From positions 223,014,001 to 223,078,000 of the forward strand of contig OZ024742.1 in NCBI GenBank assembly GCA_964016885.1: a DNA stretch of 64,000 nt. The letters run 5' to 3'. Position 1 is the first letter of the stretch. Each line of letters begins with the position of its first letter. The notes beneath the pieces are model-generated. The model had not been told where the DNA came from. It did no database searches and saw only the letters and a program-made list of their open reading frames with translations. The DNA comes from Eledone cirrhosa. Its lineage: Eukaryota. Of this stretch, positions 36,717-50,610 are shown one piece after another. The position numbers were made by a program, and so were the translations under genes.

Positions 36717-39203
36717 CAGTGGGTCCTCGATATACGATAGTTCTTTATCCGGTAAATTCACAGATACGGTTTTGGGTAATTACTATTTACGGTAAAAAAA
36801 AATTCACAGATACGGTTTTTGGTCGTGTTTTGTTTATATTGTACCGTAGCGCCACCTGTAGTAAACAATAAATTCCTCCTTGAATTCGTAGAAACTGACT
36901 GCTATTCGAATTCTAGGAAAATTGTGTTACTACTGCTATCGTACTAACTGACCTTACCGAGAAACTGGCCAATCACGAACGAGTTCAGATATCGTTCGAT
37001 GATGTCATAACTCTTCACTGATCACTTCAGTTCGGCAAACTAGCGTGTCCTCTCAGTGAGAGAATTTTTGCTGAACTGAAGTGATCAGTTAAGAGTTACG
37101 ACGTCATTCAAAGCAAGAGAAAACTCAACGGTGCGTTTTTGGAGCATAATTATCACGGCATATCTTATAACCCCATATCTCATGGCCCCAAAACTTCCTG
37201 TGAATATTGCTGATGCAGATGGAAAGGCCAAACGCATGAAGAAGAGCCTGACTTTGGAGATAAAGCTAGACATTTTGAAAAGAAAGGAACAGGGTCAAGG
37301 TACGTCCGCCATAAGTCGTAACTTAGGCCTAGCCCAGTCTACAGTCTGGACTGTTTTAAAAAAATAGTGAGGCTGTCAAAAAAGCTGAGGAGAATGCTAC
37401 GAGTCTAAGAGTAAATTGTTGACCAAACATCGTGAGCCGATTATGGATAGGATGGAAAGGTTGCTCAAAATTTGGATCGACCACCAAAAATCGTCAAAAT
37501 ATGCCTCTGTCTTTAAATGTAATCAGTGAGAAAGCATTGTCTATTATTGACAGGCTCAAGACTGAAATGGGGGTGGAGGACTTTGTATTCAAGGCAAGCA
37601 AAGGCTGGTTTGATAAGTTCAAACGACGTTCGAGTCTTCACAACATAAATGTTACAGGTGAGGCTGCCAGTTCCGACAAAGAGAGTGCGGAAAAATTCAA
37701 GGCAGAGTTAGAGAAATGCATTGCAGAGAAGGGGTACAGCAAAGAACAGGTTATTAATTATGATGAAACAGGACTTTATTGGAAAAAGATGACCAGTAAT
37801 ACTTATATTGACAAGGAGGAGAAAAGTGCGAAGGGGTTCAAAGCCTCAAAGGACCGCGTTACTCTGTTACTTGGAGGGAATACAGAAGGAGATTTCAAGC
37901 TAAAGTCACTCATTATCTACCATTCTGAAACTCCAAGAGCACTCAAGGGGTTACTTAAGCAATACCGACCAGTGATATGGAAGTCTAATAAGAAGGCATG
38001 GCTGATCACTTCAATTCATCAGGATTTATTCACCTAATATCTGTCACCAACCCTTAAGGAATATGCATTAGCTAACAACATTGCCAACCGTTTTCTGCTA
38101 TTAGTGGACAACGCCCCCAGCCACCCACGGGCAATGGAAGACTGGTCAGAAAATATTGAGGTTTTGTTTCTCCCCCCAAATACCACAGCTCTCATTCAGC
38201 CGATGGATCAAACAGTCATCAACACATTTAAGGCATACTACCAGCGGAGAACCATGCAGCAGCTGATACAGGGCACAGATGGGCCTGACAAGCCCCCGAT
38301 CAGGGAATGGTGGAAATTGTACAACATCAAGCACGGCTTAGACAACATCAAGGCATCTTGGGAAGAAGTGAAGCAGTCTACCATAACTGGAAGAAATTAT
38401 GGCCAGCATGTGTGAATGACTTCCAAGACTTTGCTGAGGACATTGATGCGATAAAGATATTGTAAATCTCTGCCATAGAGCTGGCTTCGATGGTGTTAAT
38501 GATGATGATGTGCAAGACCTTTTGGAAAGCCACGCTGAAACACTCTCCAATGATGAACTCATAGAACTAGACAAAACGATACAGGAGACAGAAAAAGAAG
38601 AAGAGGAGGAAGAAGAACCTGTGCGTGGCTTGGACATAAAAACTCTAAGAGAATGTCTCAGGAGTATCGAAACAATCTTAGAAACCCTGAAGGAGTGTGA
38701 CCCCAACCCTGCTAGGAGCAGCAAAGTGGCTCAAGATGTCGAGAAAAGCGTCAAGATTTACCAAGAAATGTATGAAGCCAAAAGAAACCCTGCCAAACAG
38801 TCCTCCATCTACTCTTTCTTCAAGCCAGTCACACCTGCCAACTGTGCTACAGCTGGCCCTTCAACATCCACTGCAGTTAACGAGTTTGTTGGTTTTGAGC
38901 CTCCCACATCACCCTCATCCTCCCCTGCCAACTCAGCCCAAGATGAGTAAGGGCTGAAACCCATACTGTCCCTTAGCCTCGGGAGGGACAAATGAAGGGG
39001 CACATCATCTGATGGACTACACGGCATGTGTAAGGTACAGTAAATAAAAAAAAAACATTATTTCTTTTCTGTAGGGATGGCTTTTTCGATGTGCTGGAAC
39101 GCAACCCTATCTATTTCATGTTATAATGGGTTCTTTATACGGTAATTCAATATACGGTAAGGGTTTCAGGAACGCATATATACCGTATATCGAGGACTCA
39201 CTG
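36717..39203 (+). mobile_element. Tigger/pogo-family DNA transposon, full length, inactive
   Basis: 23-bp TIRs cagtgggtcctcgatatacgata / taccgtatatcgaggactcactg with 2 mismatches; TA on the right flank; located within a (TA)n tract. Confidence 0.92.
37182..38950 (+). pseudogene. Tigger transposase (HTH-psq, CENP-B HTH, DDD) with stops and frameshifts
   Basis: MAPK...KSLTLEIKLDIL, FKASKGWFDKFKRR, NYDETGLYWK, DNAPSHP, FLPPNTTALIQPMDQ, spread over four ORF pieces. Confidence 0.92.
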
Positions 39204-39289
39204 TATATATAACAAAGAGGGTGTGGCAAGATACCAGATGGACCATAATGCACCAGAGTACTCAATACTTAGGGTAGTAGAGTGGGTAA

Positions 39290-39412
39290 TAGGAAAAGAA
39301 CCAGGACCCCAACGGCTGAGCTCCGGGCGTTTTGACAGCTAGATCCGAACTGTTCAGATCTAGCTGTCGAAATGGCCGGAGCTCAGCCGTCAGGGTCCTG
39401 ACTCTTTTCCTA
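39290..39412. repeat. ~123-bp near-perfect palindrome
   Basis: taggaaaagaaccaggacccc...agatccgaac-t-gttcagatct...gggtcctgactcttttccta. Confidence 0.9.
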
Positions 39413-39419
39413 TATATAT

Positions 39420-40897
39420 CATCATCATCACCATCATCATCGTTTAACGTCCGTGTTCCACGCTTGCATGGGTTTGGACGGGGGTAGTCCCACTTGAGGC
39501 AAGAGTGATTGTCTTGCTCGCATAGGACTGTCTGGCAGGTTTTCTACAGTTGGATGCCCTTCCTAACACCAACCACATTTACAGTGTGGGTCTGGGAGGT
39601 TTTTACCGTGTTGCCTACACGGCCACATTACAGCGTGGACTGTGTGTTTTTTTGTCGTGACACCTACACGATCTCATTTGTTTCGGCCTGGATGGTGTGG
39701 CACCAACACAACTTTACATAGAACGGGGTGGCATGGATGGGTTGGGGGTGGTGGGACGGGGGGGGGGGGGGGTATTTTGTTAGATGCCTACTGGCTGTAG
39801 TAGGTTTTACTATGTATTTAGGTAAGGCGGGTCTTCTCTGTTACTGAGTACCGCCAAAGGTCTCGGTCCAGTGACATTGTCTTGGAGAGGTGTAAGTGTG
39901 TGAGGTCGGAGTTTATCAGCTCGTCCCAGGTTTTTCTAGGTCTGCCTATTCCGTGGCTACCGTCTATCTTTATTGCCCTGCACTTTGTTATACAGCTATC
40001 GACTTTCACGCGCATCACGTGTCCATACCAACGTAGCCTTCTCTCGAGTAAACAACATCTGATCCCTCTTATTTCTAATTTTTTCCTTAGTTCGTTTATG
40101 CTTTGCCGTTCACGTATATTACTGTTACACATCCAGCGGAGCATGCAAGCTTCGTTCCTCTCTAGTCTGCGTATATCCTCTGCACACAATGCCCAGGTCT
40201 CACTGCCATGCAACATTGCTGTTCGTATGCAGGCATCGTACAACCTGCCTTTCATTTTTAGGGAGAACCCTTTAGCAGCTAATAGTGGTATAAGCTCTCT
40301 GAACTTTTTCCAACCAGTTCTGACTCTAGCTACTGTACTTTCAGAGCACCCTCCCCCACTGCTGATTTTATCACCCAGGTAACGGAAACTGTCCACTATT
40401 TCTATAGAACCCTCTGCGCAATTGAAAGAGCTCGTATTTGTGGGCACTTGCTGCTACTTATTGCACCAGAGCACCGGCCACATGTAAAATCTATGTTCTT
40501 AGTTAGCTTACCTGTGATCCCACTACATCTTTTATGCACCCATACTTTGCATTTAGGACATAAAATGGAGTTTCTACCTACGCCTTTCCTACACACCGAG
40601 CACGACCATTTCCCAGAAGGGACCGCCGCCTTATTTTCTTTCCTACAAACTAGAACTTTAGTCTTAGCCAGGTTAATTTTAAGGCCTTTTGATTCTAGGC
40701 CGTGCTTCCATGTTTGGAATTTCTTCTCTAGCTCGGCCATTGATTCCGCTATGAGTGTCAGGTCGTCTGCGTATAGGAGTTCCCATGGGCAGCCGGTCTT
40801 GAACTCCTCTGTTATAGCCTGAAGGGCAATAATAAATAGTAGGGGGCTGAGAACAGAGCCCTGATGGACGCCAACTTTTACGCTAAACTCTTCACTA
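39420..40897 (-). mobile_element. RTE LINE (PHD-insert family), 5'-truncated
   Basis: SEEFSVKVGVHQGSVLSPLLFII...WELLYADDL...KWSCSVCRKG...CPKCKVWVHKRC...CGRC; closely similar to the 31118-32297 copy; (TA)n on both sides. Confidence 0.92.
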
Positions 40898-40919
40898 TAT
40901 ATATATATATATAAATATT

Positions 40920-41259
40920 ATTATAAAATAACAGGAGGCTGGACTGGTGTAATTCCTTAAAAGTTTATTATACTATGAACATTTCTGAACATTTCAATGA
41001 CTGGGTTCAGTATGAATTCGGTGACATCATCAGGTATTCAAAATTTAACAAAGGAATATAATCCATGGAGCTGAAAAGGCAGAGTGACAAAAAGGCGGCC
41101 ACCCATTTAGTCGACCGAACTAGAAACTGCTAAATGGGTGGCCACCTTTTTGTCACTCTGCCTTTTCAGCTCCATGGATTATATTCCTTTGTTAAATGGA
41201 TTATATTCCTAATAAACCTTTAAGGAATTACACCAGTCCAGCCTCCTGTTATTTTATAA
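40920..41259. repeat. Nested fold-back (outer ~50-bp arms, inner ~65-bp arms), Penelope-like
   Basis: Outer arms ~40921-40970 / 41210-41259 and inner arms ~41043-41110 / 41130-41197; minus-strand CTGATGA at ~41027-41033. Confidence 0.8.
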
Positions 41260-41528
41260 CAATTAACTCTGTACTCTCACCACCAACAACACAAATGAAG
41301 AACGGGTGAGTTGCATTACGTCGAGTGCTCTCCCTAATATTACATCGAGGTTGACTATACGGAATGACCAGTTCTATCCAGTGGTGAACAAATATATATA
41401 TATATAAATATTATATATATGTGTGTGTGTGTGCGCGTATATGGCTAAGATACCCCACTTTATGTGTGAACAACATCTTTCAGTAATATGGAGTGTTTGG
41501 ATGGGGATTTGAGAAGCCAAGCTATATA

Positions 41529-42077
<549 letters not shown>

Positions 42078-42258
42078 TATGTGTGTGTGTGTGTGTGTGT
42101 GAGTGTGTGTATGATTTTATTTATTCAGTTTCTTACAACGTAGCTATGATACGCTATTATCAATATTGAATTTTGCCATTCTTGTAGCCAACCAAGATCA
42201 ATAATATAAATATATATTATTAGATGATATATATATATATACATACATACATGCATGC

Positions 42259-43565
42259 ATGCAATTCAGTTTCATATCAGAAAGGAACACCATAGATGCC
42301 CACTTTTTAGAAAGACAACTACAAGAGGAGTTCTTGGCTAAGAGTAAACCTTTATATCTAGCTTTTGTTGATCTAGAGAAAGCCTTTGACAGAATATACT
42401 ACTTAGTCAGCTTGTGGTCCTTAAAGAAACTAGGTGTAGAAGAGTGGCTTGTAAAAGCAGTGCAAGCCATTACAGAGGTGATGTAAGTAAAGTGAGAATA
42501 GAAAGTGAGTTTAGCAAGAAATTTAAGGAGTGCATCAATTCTTAGCCCACTCCTGTTTATCCCAACCCTCCAGGTTATAACATAGGAGTTTGACTGGTTG
42601 CCCATGGGAACTTCTGTATGTTGATGATCTGGTCATCATAGCTGAATCATTGGAATTTCTGGCTGTGGAAATAGAAATTGCAATCAAAAGGGCTGAGAGT
42701 AAATTTAGCAAAAACCAAAATGTTGAAAAGTAGGAAAGAAGATAGGGTACCAATCTTATCAGGGAAATGCTTTTGCTCGGTATGTAATAAAGGTGTAGAC
42801 ATAAATTCTATACAGTGTACACAATGTAAATTTTGTTTGGGGACACAAGATGTGTGGTGGGGCAACAGGCAGACTAACAGGAAAGATTTTGTATTTAGTA
42901 GATGTTCAGGGTCAATTGATAGTAAGAGTGCCAATAATAAAATAAAGAATATGAACATTTTCTGATCCCATGAAGGATCCATAGAAGTGGTTGATAGTTT
43001 CTGATAACTAGGTGACATAATTAGCAAAGCAAGAGGGTGCTTGGAGAGCATAGTAGCGAGAATAAGGACAGGATGAAAGAAAACAAAAGGTTTCTCTTTG
43101 TGAATGAAAGTTCAGTTGTATGATGCCTGTGTGCAAAGTGTCATGCTCCATGGCAGTGAGATATGGGCAGTGAATGCAGAGGACATGCAGAGGTTGGAGA
43201 GAAATTAGCAAGTATGCTTCGATGGATACACAATGTTAATGTCTGAAAATGACAAAGCATGGGTGAACTGAGAGAGTAACTGGGTATAAGAGAAATCAGC
43301 AGTAGTGTGCAGGAGAGGAGACTGCGCTGGTATGGACATGTGATGCACATGGTTGATGATTACTAGATGAAGAAGTGCCAAATAATCCCAGTGGAAGGAA
43401 GCTGCAGTAAAGGAAGATCAAGAAAGACATGGATGGAATTGGTGAGAGCTGATTTCAGATCACTAATGCTCACAGAGGAGATGACAAAGGAATGCAACAA
43501 GTAGAGTGATGCTGTACTGAGAAGGACCCATCCAGCCCATGCAAGGATGGAACAATGGATGTAAA

Positions 43566-43600
<35 letters not shown>
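42259..43600 (+). mobile_element. Older degenerate RTE (PHD-insert family)
   Basis: YLAFVDLEKAFDR...KCFCSVCNKGVDINSIQCTQC...; many stops; (GAT)n tail. Confidence 0.85.
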
Positions 43601-43605
<5 letters not shown>

Positions 43606-44011
43606 ATACACATACACACAGACACTCTCACACACACATATATATGCATGAATGTGATAATGTTTTGTGTGAGTGTATATGGTTATTAGCAGTAGAGAAA
43701 AAGATAGGTAGCCCAAACAGATTAAGACTGACAAAGAGACAGATAGAGACTGACAGGCAGATATAAATACACTTTCTTGCTATAAATTGGAACAGCTAAG
43801 TAGGGTGGAATGAGTCATATCAACACAGTCTGGAAAAGTTCCTAGAAAACTCAAATTTATCATTTTTTTTTTTTTGGTAAGTAAGAATGCCAACATTTAG
43901 GAATTCTTACTACAGTATATACTGTGATATTATGGTCTCTTGGTGAAAGTATTGCTCCCTTTACTGGGAAGGAACAGAAAGGGCCAATCCTTAGATTGAA
44001 CCAAGGAAACA

Positions 44012-45225
44012 ATAATAATATAATAATAATAATAATGAAATTATTGTGTACAGTGCTCAGGTGCACTACAACTCGGCAAAGGTGCATGTATAGTACATAG
44101 AATAATATAAAAATGTCAGCGAAGTGAATAGTGTATGAGTCATGATATACATGTGTGCGTGTGTATGGAGGGGGAATATTAGGTGTAGTGTTGGCGATTC
44201 TCAGGAAGCATGGAGGTTTTAAAGGATGCAGTGTCTCGACAGCTAACAACTGATGCAGGTAGTTTGTTCCATGCTTCAGCAACTCTGAGCATGAAAAAAT
44301 GTTTCCGAAAGTCATGGGAGCTGTGCCGTTTTCTGACTTTGTGGGCATGCCCATATGTGTTAGACACATGGAAATCAAAAAGGTACTCAGGGTTGTTGTT
44401 GGCAAGATGGTTAATAATTTTGTGGGTGTTTACGAAGTCAGTTGCCAGACGTCGGAGCTTCAATGTATCCATGCCCAGGGAAGCAAGGCGTTCAGAGTAT
44501 GGTAGATGCCCGATGGAGGGTATTTGCTTGGTTGCACATCTCTGAACAGTTTCCAGGCGGTCAATGTTCTGAGCAAGATAGGGATTCCAGACTGGTGATG
44601 AAAATTCTAAGTATGGCCGCACCATAGCTATATACAGCTTTAAATAGATAGCTGGAGAACGGCTGACAAAGGTCTTGCTGAGTGATGCTAAGACACCCTC
44701 AGCCTTCTTGACAATTTTAGAGAAATGCTTCATCCAACGCAAATCACTGCTGACCGTAATGCCCAGGTCACGTTCACAAGAAGACTTCTTGATATTAGTG
44801 TTGTGGAGGGAGTATGTGGACGCTGGGTTTTTACTCCCAAATTGCATGGTGGTTCACTTGTCCACAGCTAGCTTGAGTTGCCTGTCTGTGATCCATTGTC
44901 TGTGATCCATTGTCCAGGTCAGATTGCAGGCAAGATCTATAATGTTCAGGATCTGTCCTTTTTATCTCAAGGTACATCTTGATGTCATCTGCATACTTTA
45001 GTACTGTGGCATTCTTTAAGTTGGCATCTATGTCATTAATATATGCCACAAACAAAAGGGGGCCAAGAACAGATCCCAGTGATACACCAAATGACATCTC
45101 TCTCTCATATGGTGAGGAATGCTATCCCAGAACCATGACTACCTATCTTCGACTGAGAATGAAGGACTTCAACCAGTTAAAAAGATCATCCTTCACACCC
45201 ATTGCAGAGAGTTTTGCCATGTTTC
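44012..45225 (-). mobile_element. CR1 LINE 3' portion
   Basis: GSVLGPLLFVAYINDI...KYADDIK...ERDLGITVSSDLRW...VRPYLEF...AWNKLP. Confidence 0.92.
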
Positions 45226-45614
45226 CGTAGATCTGGTTAAGCAATGTTGCCTTTTGTTTTCATTGCTCAGCACACACACACACACACACACACACATGTT
45301 TGTGTGTGTGGGTATAAATATATATATATATATATATGTAGGTATGTGTATGTCTATCTAGACTGAATCAAGGAAACATTTCCTTAGGTCTTTCCATTGC
45401 TGTTACATTTCCTGACTATGTATATATTACATATGTGTCTGTGTATGTTGGTGCACCTAGTACACCCTGTAAATTGGTATTTCTGGTGCCTTGATAAAAT
45501 GTGCTAAGTGCTCTCTGTAAAGTGATGTCAGAGCTATGATGTATGTATGTATGTATGCATGTTATAATGAATGTATGTATACATTCTGTATAATGTATGT
45601 TTGTACCTATGTAT

Positions 45615-46240
45615 GTTATCATCATCAAAATTTTTATGTCTGCTTTTCCTTGCTTGCATGGGTTGGACGTGCCCTTCTCAGCATGGCATCTTTCCACACG
45701 TCGCGATCCTATGTCATCACTTCAGTGGTTTGAGGACAGCTCTCACAACCTCTGCCCAGGTCTTTCTTGGTCTACCTCTACTGTAACTTCCTTCCACTGG
45801 CTTTTTCTGGCACTTCTTCACCCAACAATCACTGTCCATGCATATCACATGTCCAAACCAATACAGTTTTCTCTCCTGCACACCATATCAAATTCCTCTT
45901 AAACTTAGCTTCTCCTTCAACTCATCCAAGCTCTGCCTTTCTCTCACACATTTACATTCCACATCCAACAGAACATGGTTGCTTCCTTTCTCTCCAGTCT
46001 ACACATGTCCTCTGCAGTCACAGCCTATGTTTCACTACCATGCAGCATCACACTTCACACACAGGTGTCATACAGTCGTCCTTTTGTATGTAGGGGGAAA
46101 CATTTTGTGGTCAACATTGGGATTAGCTCTCTGAACTTTATCCATCTTATCCTTATTCTAGCTATTATGCTCGACTCCATTGCTAATTAGATTGCCTAGA
46201 TAGCAGAAGCTATCAACCACTTTTATGGGTCCTTCCTGTG
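45615..46240 (-). mobile_element. Degenerate RTE 3' fragment
   Basis: Homologous to the 35481-36505 copy; ends in GTSNPCKQGKAD + (GAT)n. Confidence 0.75.
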
Positions 46241-46369
46241 ATTGTAGTAGGCTTACATCACTGGTTATCTTCCCATTGGTTACCTATATGTAATATATTC
46301 CATAATGTATGTTTGTATGAATATTATAATCTGTTTGTATACTATAATGTCAAAACTATGATGTCATAG

Positions 46370-46573
46370 CATCACCACCATCACCACCACCACCACCACC
46401 ACCACCATCACCACCACCACCACCACCACCACCACCACCACCACCACCACCACCAGCACCATCATCATCAACATCATCATCATCATCATCAGCATCGTCA
46501 TTATCATCATCATCACTACCCCCCTCCTCCTCCTCCTCCCCTCCTCCGTTTCTTCTTCATCATCATCATCATC

Positions 46574-46621
<48 letters not shown>

Positions 46622-47654
46622 GTCATCATCAACATCATTTAACGACCGTTTTCCATGCTAGCATGTATGCTATGATATATGTATGTATACTACGATATAT
46701 GTTATGATGTATGCTAAGATGTATGCTATGATGTCACTGCTATGTAGGTGATTCAACAGTTGTCATTAAAGTCACCCCACCACCACCACCACCACCACCA
46801 CCACCACCCTCCAGTTTATATATGTCACTAATCTGTGAAGTGTCACAGCAACTTCCTTGGCGAGGTCCAGAGGTTAACTGCAGGATTTCTGGGGTGGGGG
46901 TGGGGGGATGCTCAGTCAAGTCTCCATTGACACATAATCGTCATCATCAACATCATAATGGGGTAATAATGTTTCAGCTTTACTACTATTACTACTACTA
47001 CAACCATCACCACCTCCTTAGCCCCCACCACCACCACCACCATAACTACCATTAATGCCATCACCACCATCACTACCATCACCATCACCACCATCACAAC
47101 TACCATCACCACCATCACTACCGTCACCACCATCACCATCACTACCATCACCACCATCACCACTATCCCCACCACAAATAACATAACTACCATCACTGCC
47201 GTCACCACCATCACCACCATCACCATCACTACCATCACCGCCATCACAACTACCATCTCCACCATCACTACCATCACCACCATCACAACTACCATCACCA
47301 CCATCACTACCGTCACCACCATCCCCATCACTGCCATCACCACCACCACTACCGTCACCATCACCACCATCACCACCGTCACCACCATCACCATAACTAG
47401 CATCTCCACCATAACTACCATCACCACCATCACTACCGTCACCACCATCACCATCACTGCCATCACCACCATCACTACCGTCACCATCACCACCATCACC
47501 ACCGTCACCACCATCACCATAACTAGCATCTCCACCATAACTACCATCACCACTGTTTATGATGGTTATGATGGTATCTATTGGTGGTGATGATGCTGGT
47601 GATGACAGTGTTGATGATGAGGATGATGATTATGATTATATTTGGTGATCAGGG

Positions 47655-47696
<42 letters not shown>

Positions 47697-47760
47697 CAAT
47701 GATGATTATACTTAATGATCATGGTGATGATGATGATAACGATGACAACATCAGCAATGA
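46370..47760. repeat. (CAC/CAT)n low-complexity field with cryptic tandem units
   Basis: Long CAC/CAT/TAC triplet arrays; 47030-47553 contains repeated higher-order blocks. Confidence 0.9.
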
Positions 47761-50057
47761 TGACACACACGCACACATACTCACACAGAGTCAAGAGAGA
47801 ACAACCATTAAAATGTATCTCCACAACAGTAAATGTGGTGACTCAATGTGACTCCATACTTGACAACTGCTCTAGTGACACACTAACATATGACATGTTA
47901 GAAAAAGCAGCCTATTCTCCCTCAATTCACACTTTGTGGCGACACTTACTCACAGATTAACCTTGTCTTTCCTCCTTTTCATAGTTGATAATTTTTTGAG
48001 TGACACAATAACACATTACATGCTAGAAATAACAGCTTAACCTCCCTAAATTTACACCTAATGGGGACTCAATATCGGGAATTATCATCATCATTATCAT
48101 TTAATGTATGTTTTTCCATGCTGGCATTGGTTGTACAGATTGTAAACAGACAAACTCAGTATTTAATGAGACCTGGTGTCTTCCCATAGGGGCCTGTGGC
48201 TGTATCTTGCTTTCATACATTTCAGTTTTGGCATAGTTTCTACAGCTAGATGTCTTTCCTTAACGCCAACCACTTTACAGAGTGTACTGGGTGCATTGTA
48301 TTTTGGCACCAGTAGTAGATAGGTTGTCATGTACTTGGTATAACTGATGAGTCCTCTTGACTCCTTGTTTGATATAGTTTCTATTCCTGGATGCCTTTCC
48401 TAACACCAACCACTTTGCAGAGTGTACTGGGTAGATTTTTCATGGGACCAGCACTAATGTTATATCCTCGACACAACTGAAAAGTCCTCTCAACCATTTC
48501 TATGGCATAGTTTATACAGCTGAATGGATAAAAGTTTTGTCACAGAGATCGGCCATGTCTGTGGAACATTCACCATATATACTATAATACAAGATAGACT
48601 GTACCTGTAATTCAAAGTTACAGCCTTATCATATATTGTGTCATGTTGATTCAGCTTAGGAATTATGTTAAGGATATGGCAGTCTATGGAATACTCAGTC
48701 ACTTCTGTGTTAATTCATGAGTTCGTCAAAAAGGCTGTACCTGTAATTCAAAGGTCCATTTTAATTCATGAGATGGACATTCAAATGATCAAATTAGTAG
48801 ATTAAATAATTTGGTATTTCTTCTGGTTTTCTGTGTTCTGAGTTCAAATCCCACCAAGGTTAACTTTGTCTTTTATCCTTTCAGGGTTAATAAAATAAGT
48901 ACCATTCCAAGGGTGGTGAATTGGAGGAATTGTTAAAGAATTGGAGAGAATATCTTGTGGTATTTGATACAGCTCTGTGTGTTCTGAGTTTAAATCTCAC
49001 TTCCTTTTGTCATGAGTTGTGACTGGCAGTATCAGCAATGGAAAGATCAATTGAAAAATCGTTTCCTTAGTTTGATCTGATCATCAGCTTCTTTCCCCTT
49101 TGATCGAAAAAAAAAAAGATAATGAAATGCACAGCTCACATCTATGCAGTTGGCCACTTATGATGTTACATCTTAAAGAAGGTTTCTTGGGTGTTTTAAT
49201 GATAAGGGCCCCTAAACCTATCATGAAAAGCAACATGAAATGAAGTCTCTTGCTCAAGAATACATTGCTCTGCCAGGTCCAGGAATGAAACCCATGACCT
49301 TATGATTGTGAATCCATTGAAATCAACAAAGCATCTCCCATTTCCAACAAGACAGCAAATATTTAACAACAGGATAGGAATCCATACATTACATGAGTGA
49401 CTGATGTGTCAGGACGAGGGAAATTCCTGCAAGCCATCCACCAAAGAAATGTGTGTGTGTGGAGGGAGGTTGTACTGAAGAGAACTCATCTAACCTATTC
49501 AAGCATGGTAAAGCGGATGTAAAAATGATGATATATATAAAATTGATCCATTTTTTTTATTGTGTATTTGCCATCATCATCATCATCATCATCATCATCA
49601 TTCAACAGCCATCTTCCACGCTAGCATGGGTAGGACTGCCATATTTAAACTTATCTTTCTTTTAGTTTTTACTTCTTTCATTTTAATGGATCATTCTTTG
49701 GAGAGGGAGAGGGAGGGAGCTGTTTGCGTGTGTAAATGTGTATGTGTGTGTGTGTGGATTGTGTGGTAGATATGTGTGTGTGTGACTGTGTGTCTGGGTG
49801 GTGGTGGGGGGGGGGGAGAACTATTTTGTAGTAGATACATTTATTCTGATGTATTTCACATCTATAGTATCACTTGAGACCTTATATGTAGCATTAAAAG
49901 CATGTTTTTATCACTAAAAAATAACACTCAACATAAGCTGATAGCTTCAGTTGAATATACATTCTAGGTTAGGTGAAAGCATAATTGGGCAGTTAAGAAA
50001 ATTGCTTTGCAACCATGTGGTCTTGGGTTTAATCTTGTGTGATACCTTGGGTAAATG

Positions 50058-50252
50058 CAGCCCTATCAACTCTCTCCATCCTATGGGGAGATCTCCCACC
50101 CACTTTAGGGTGGGTGAGAGATGTTTTCTTGTCTGAAAATGGGTATAGCTTTCATTATGTAAAATCTTCCCATTTTACCTCATTTTTCCCTGTTTCAGGG
50201 CACTTTTTTTTATGGTACTCCCCGTTTGGGTTTTTAGAGGTTGGCAGGTCAG
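50058..50252. mobile_element. Small MITE, copy 2 (inverted relative to 3788-3962)
   Basis: Shares ggggagatctcccacccact and aaaatgggtatagct with copy 1; flanked by TAAATG on both sides. Confidence 0.65.
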
Positions 50253-50610
50253 TAAATGTCTACCACTATAGCCACAGGTTGCCTCAATGCCTTGTCAGAA
50301 AAATATGGCAGACAGAAACTATGTAGAAGTCTGTCATAAATATGGTGAGACACTGGAGGCTACAGTGTTTAACAATCAAATAGGGATAATGTAGGGTTTG
50401 AGAGGACTCTTCAGTCTTGCCTAGCATGTGACAACCTCTTGAGTGTTGGTGCAATGATAAAATGCACCCAGCACACTCTGTAATGTGGCTGATGTTGGGA
50501 AGGGAACCTAGCTATTGAAAATATGCAAAATATGGAACATAACTAGCAAGAATAGGTCACTCTGATCCGTTTGTTTTCAGACAGTGACAACACATTCAAC
50601 TCATGCTAGC

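Noticed and set aside
46912-47553. 213-aa Met/Val-rich ORF
   Set aside because: It is the translation of a CAC/CAT triplet repeat, with no coding evidence.
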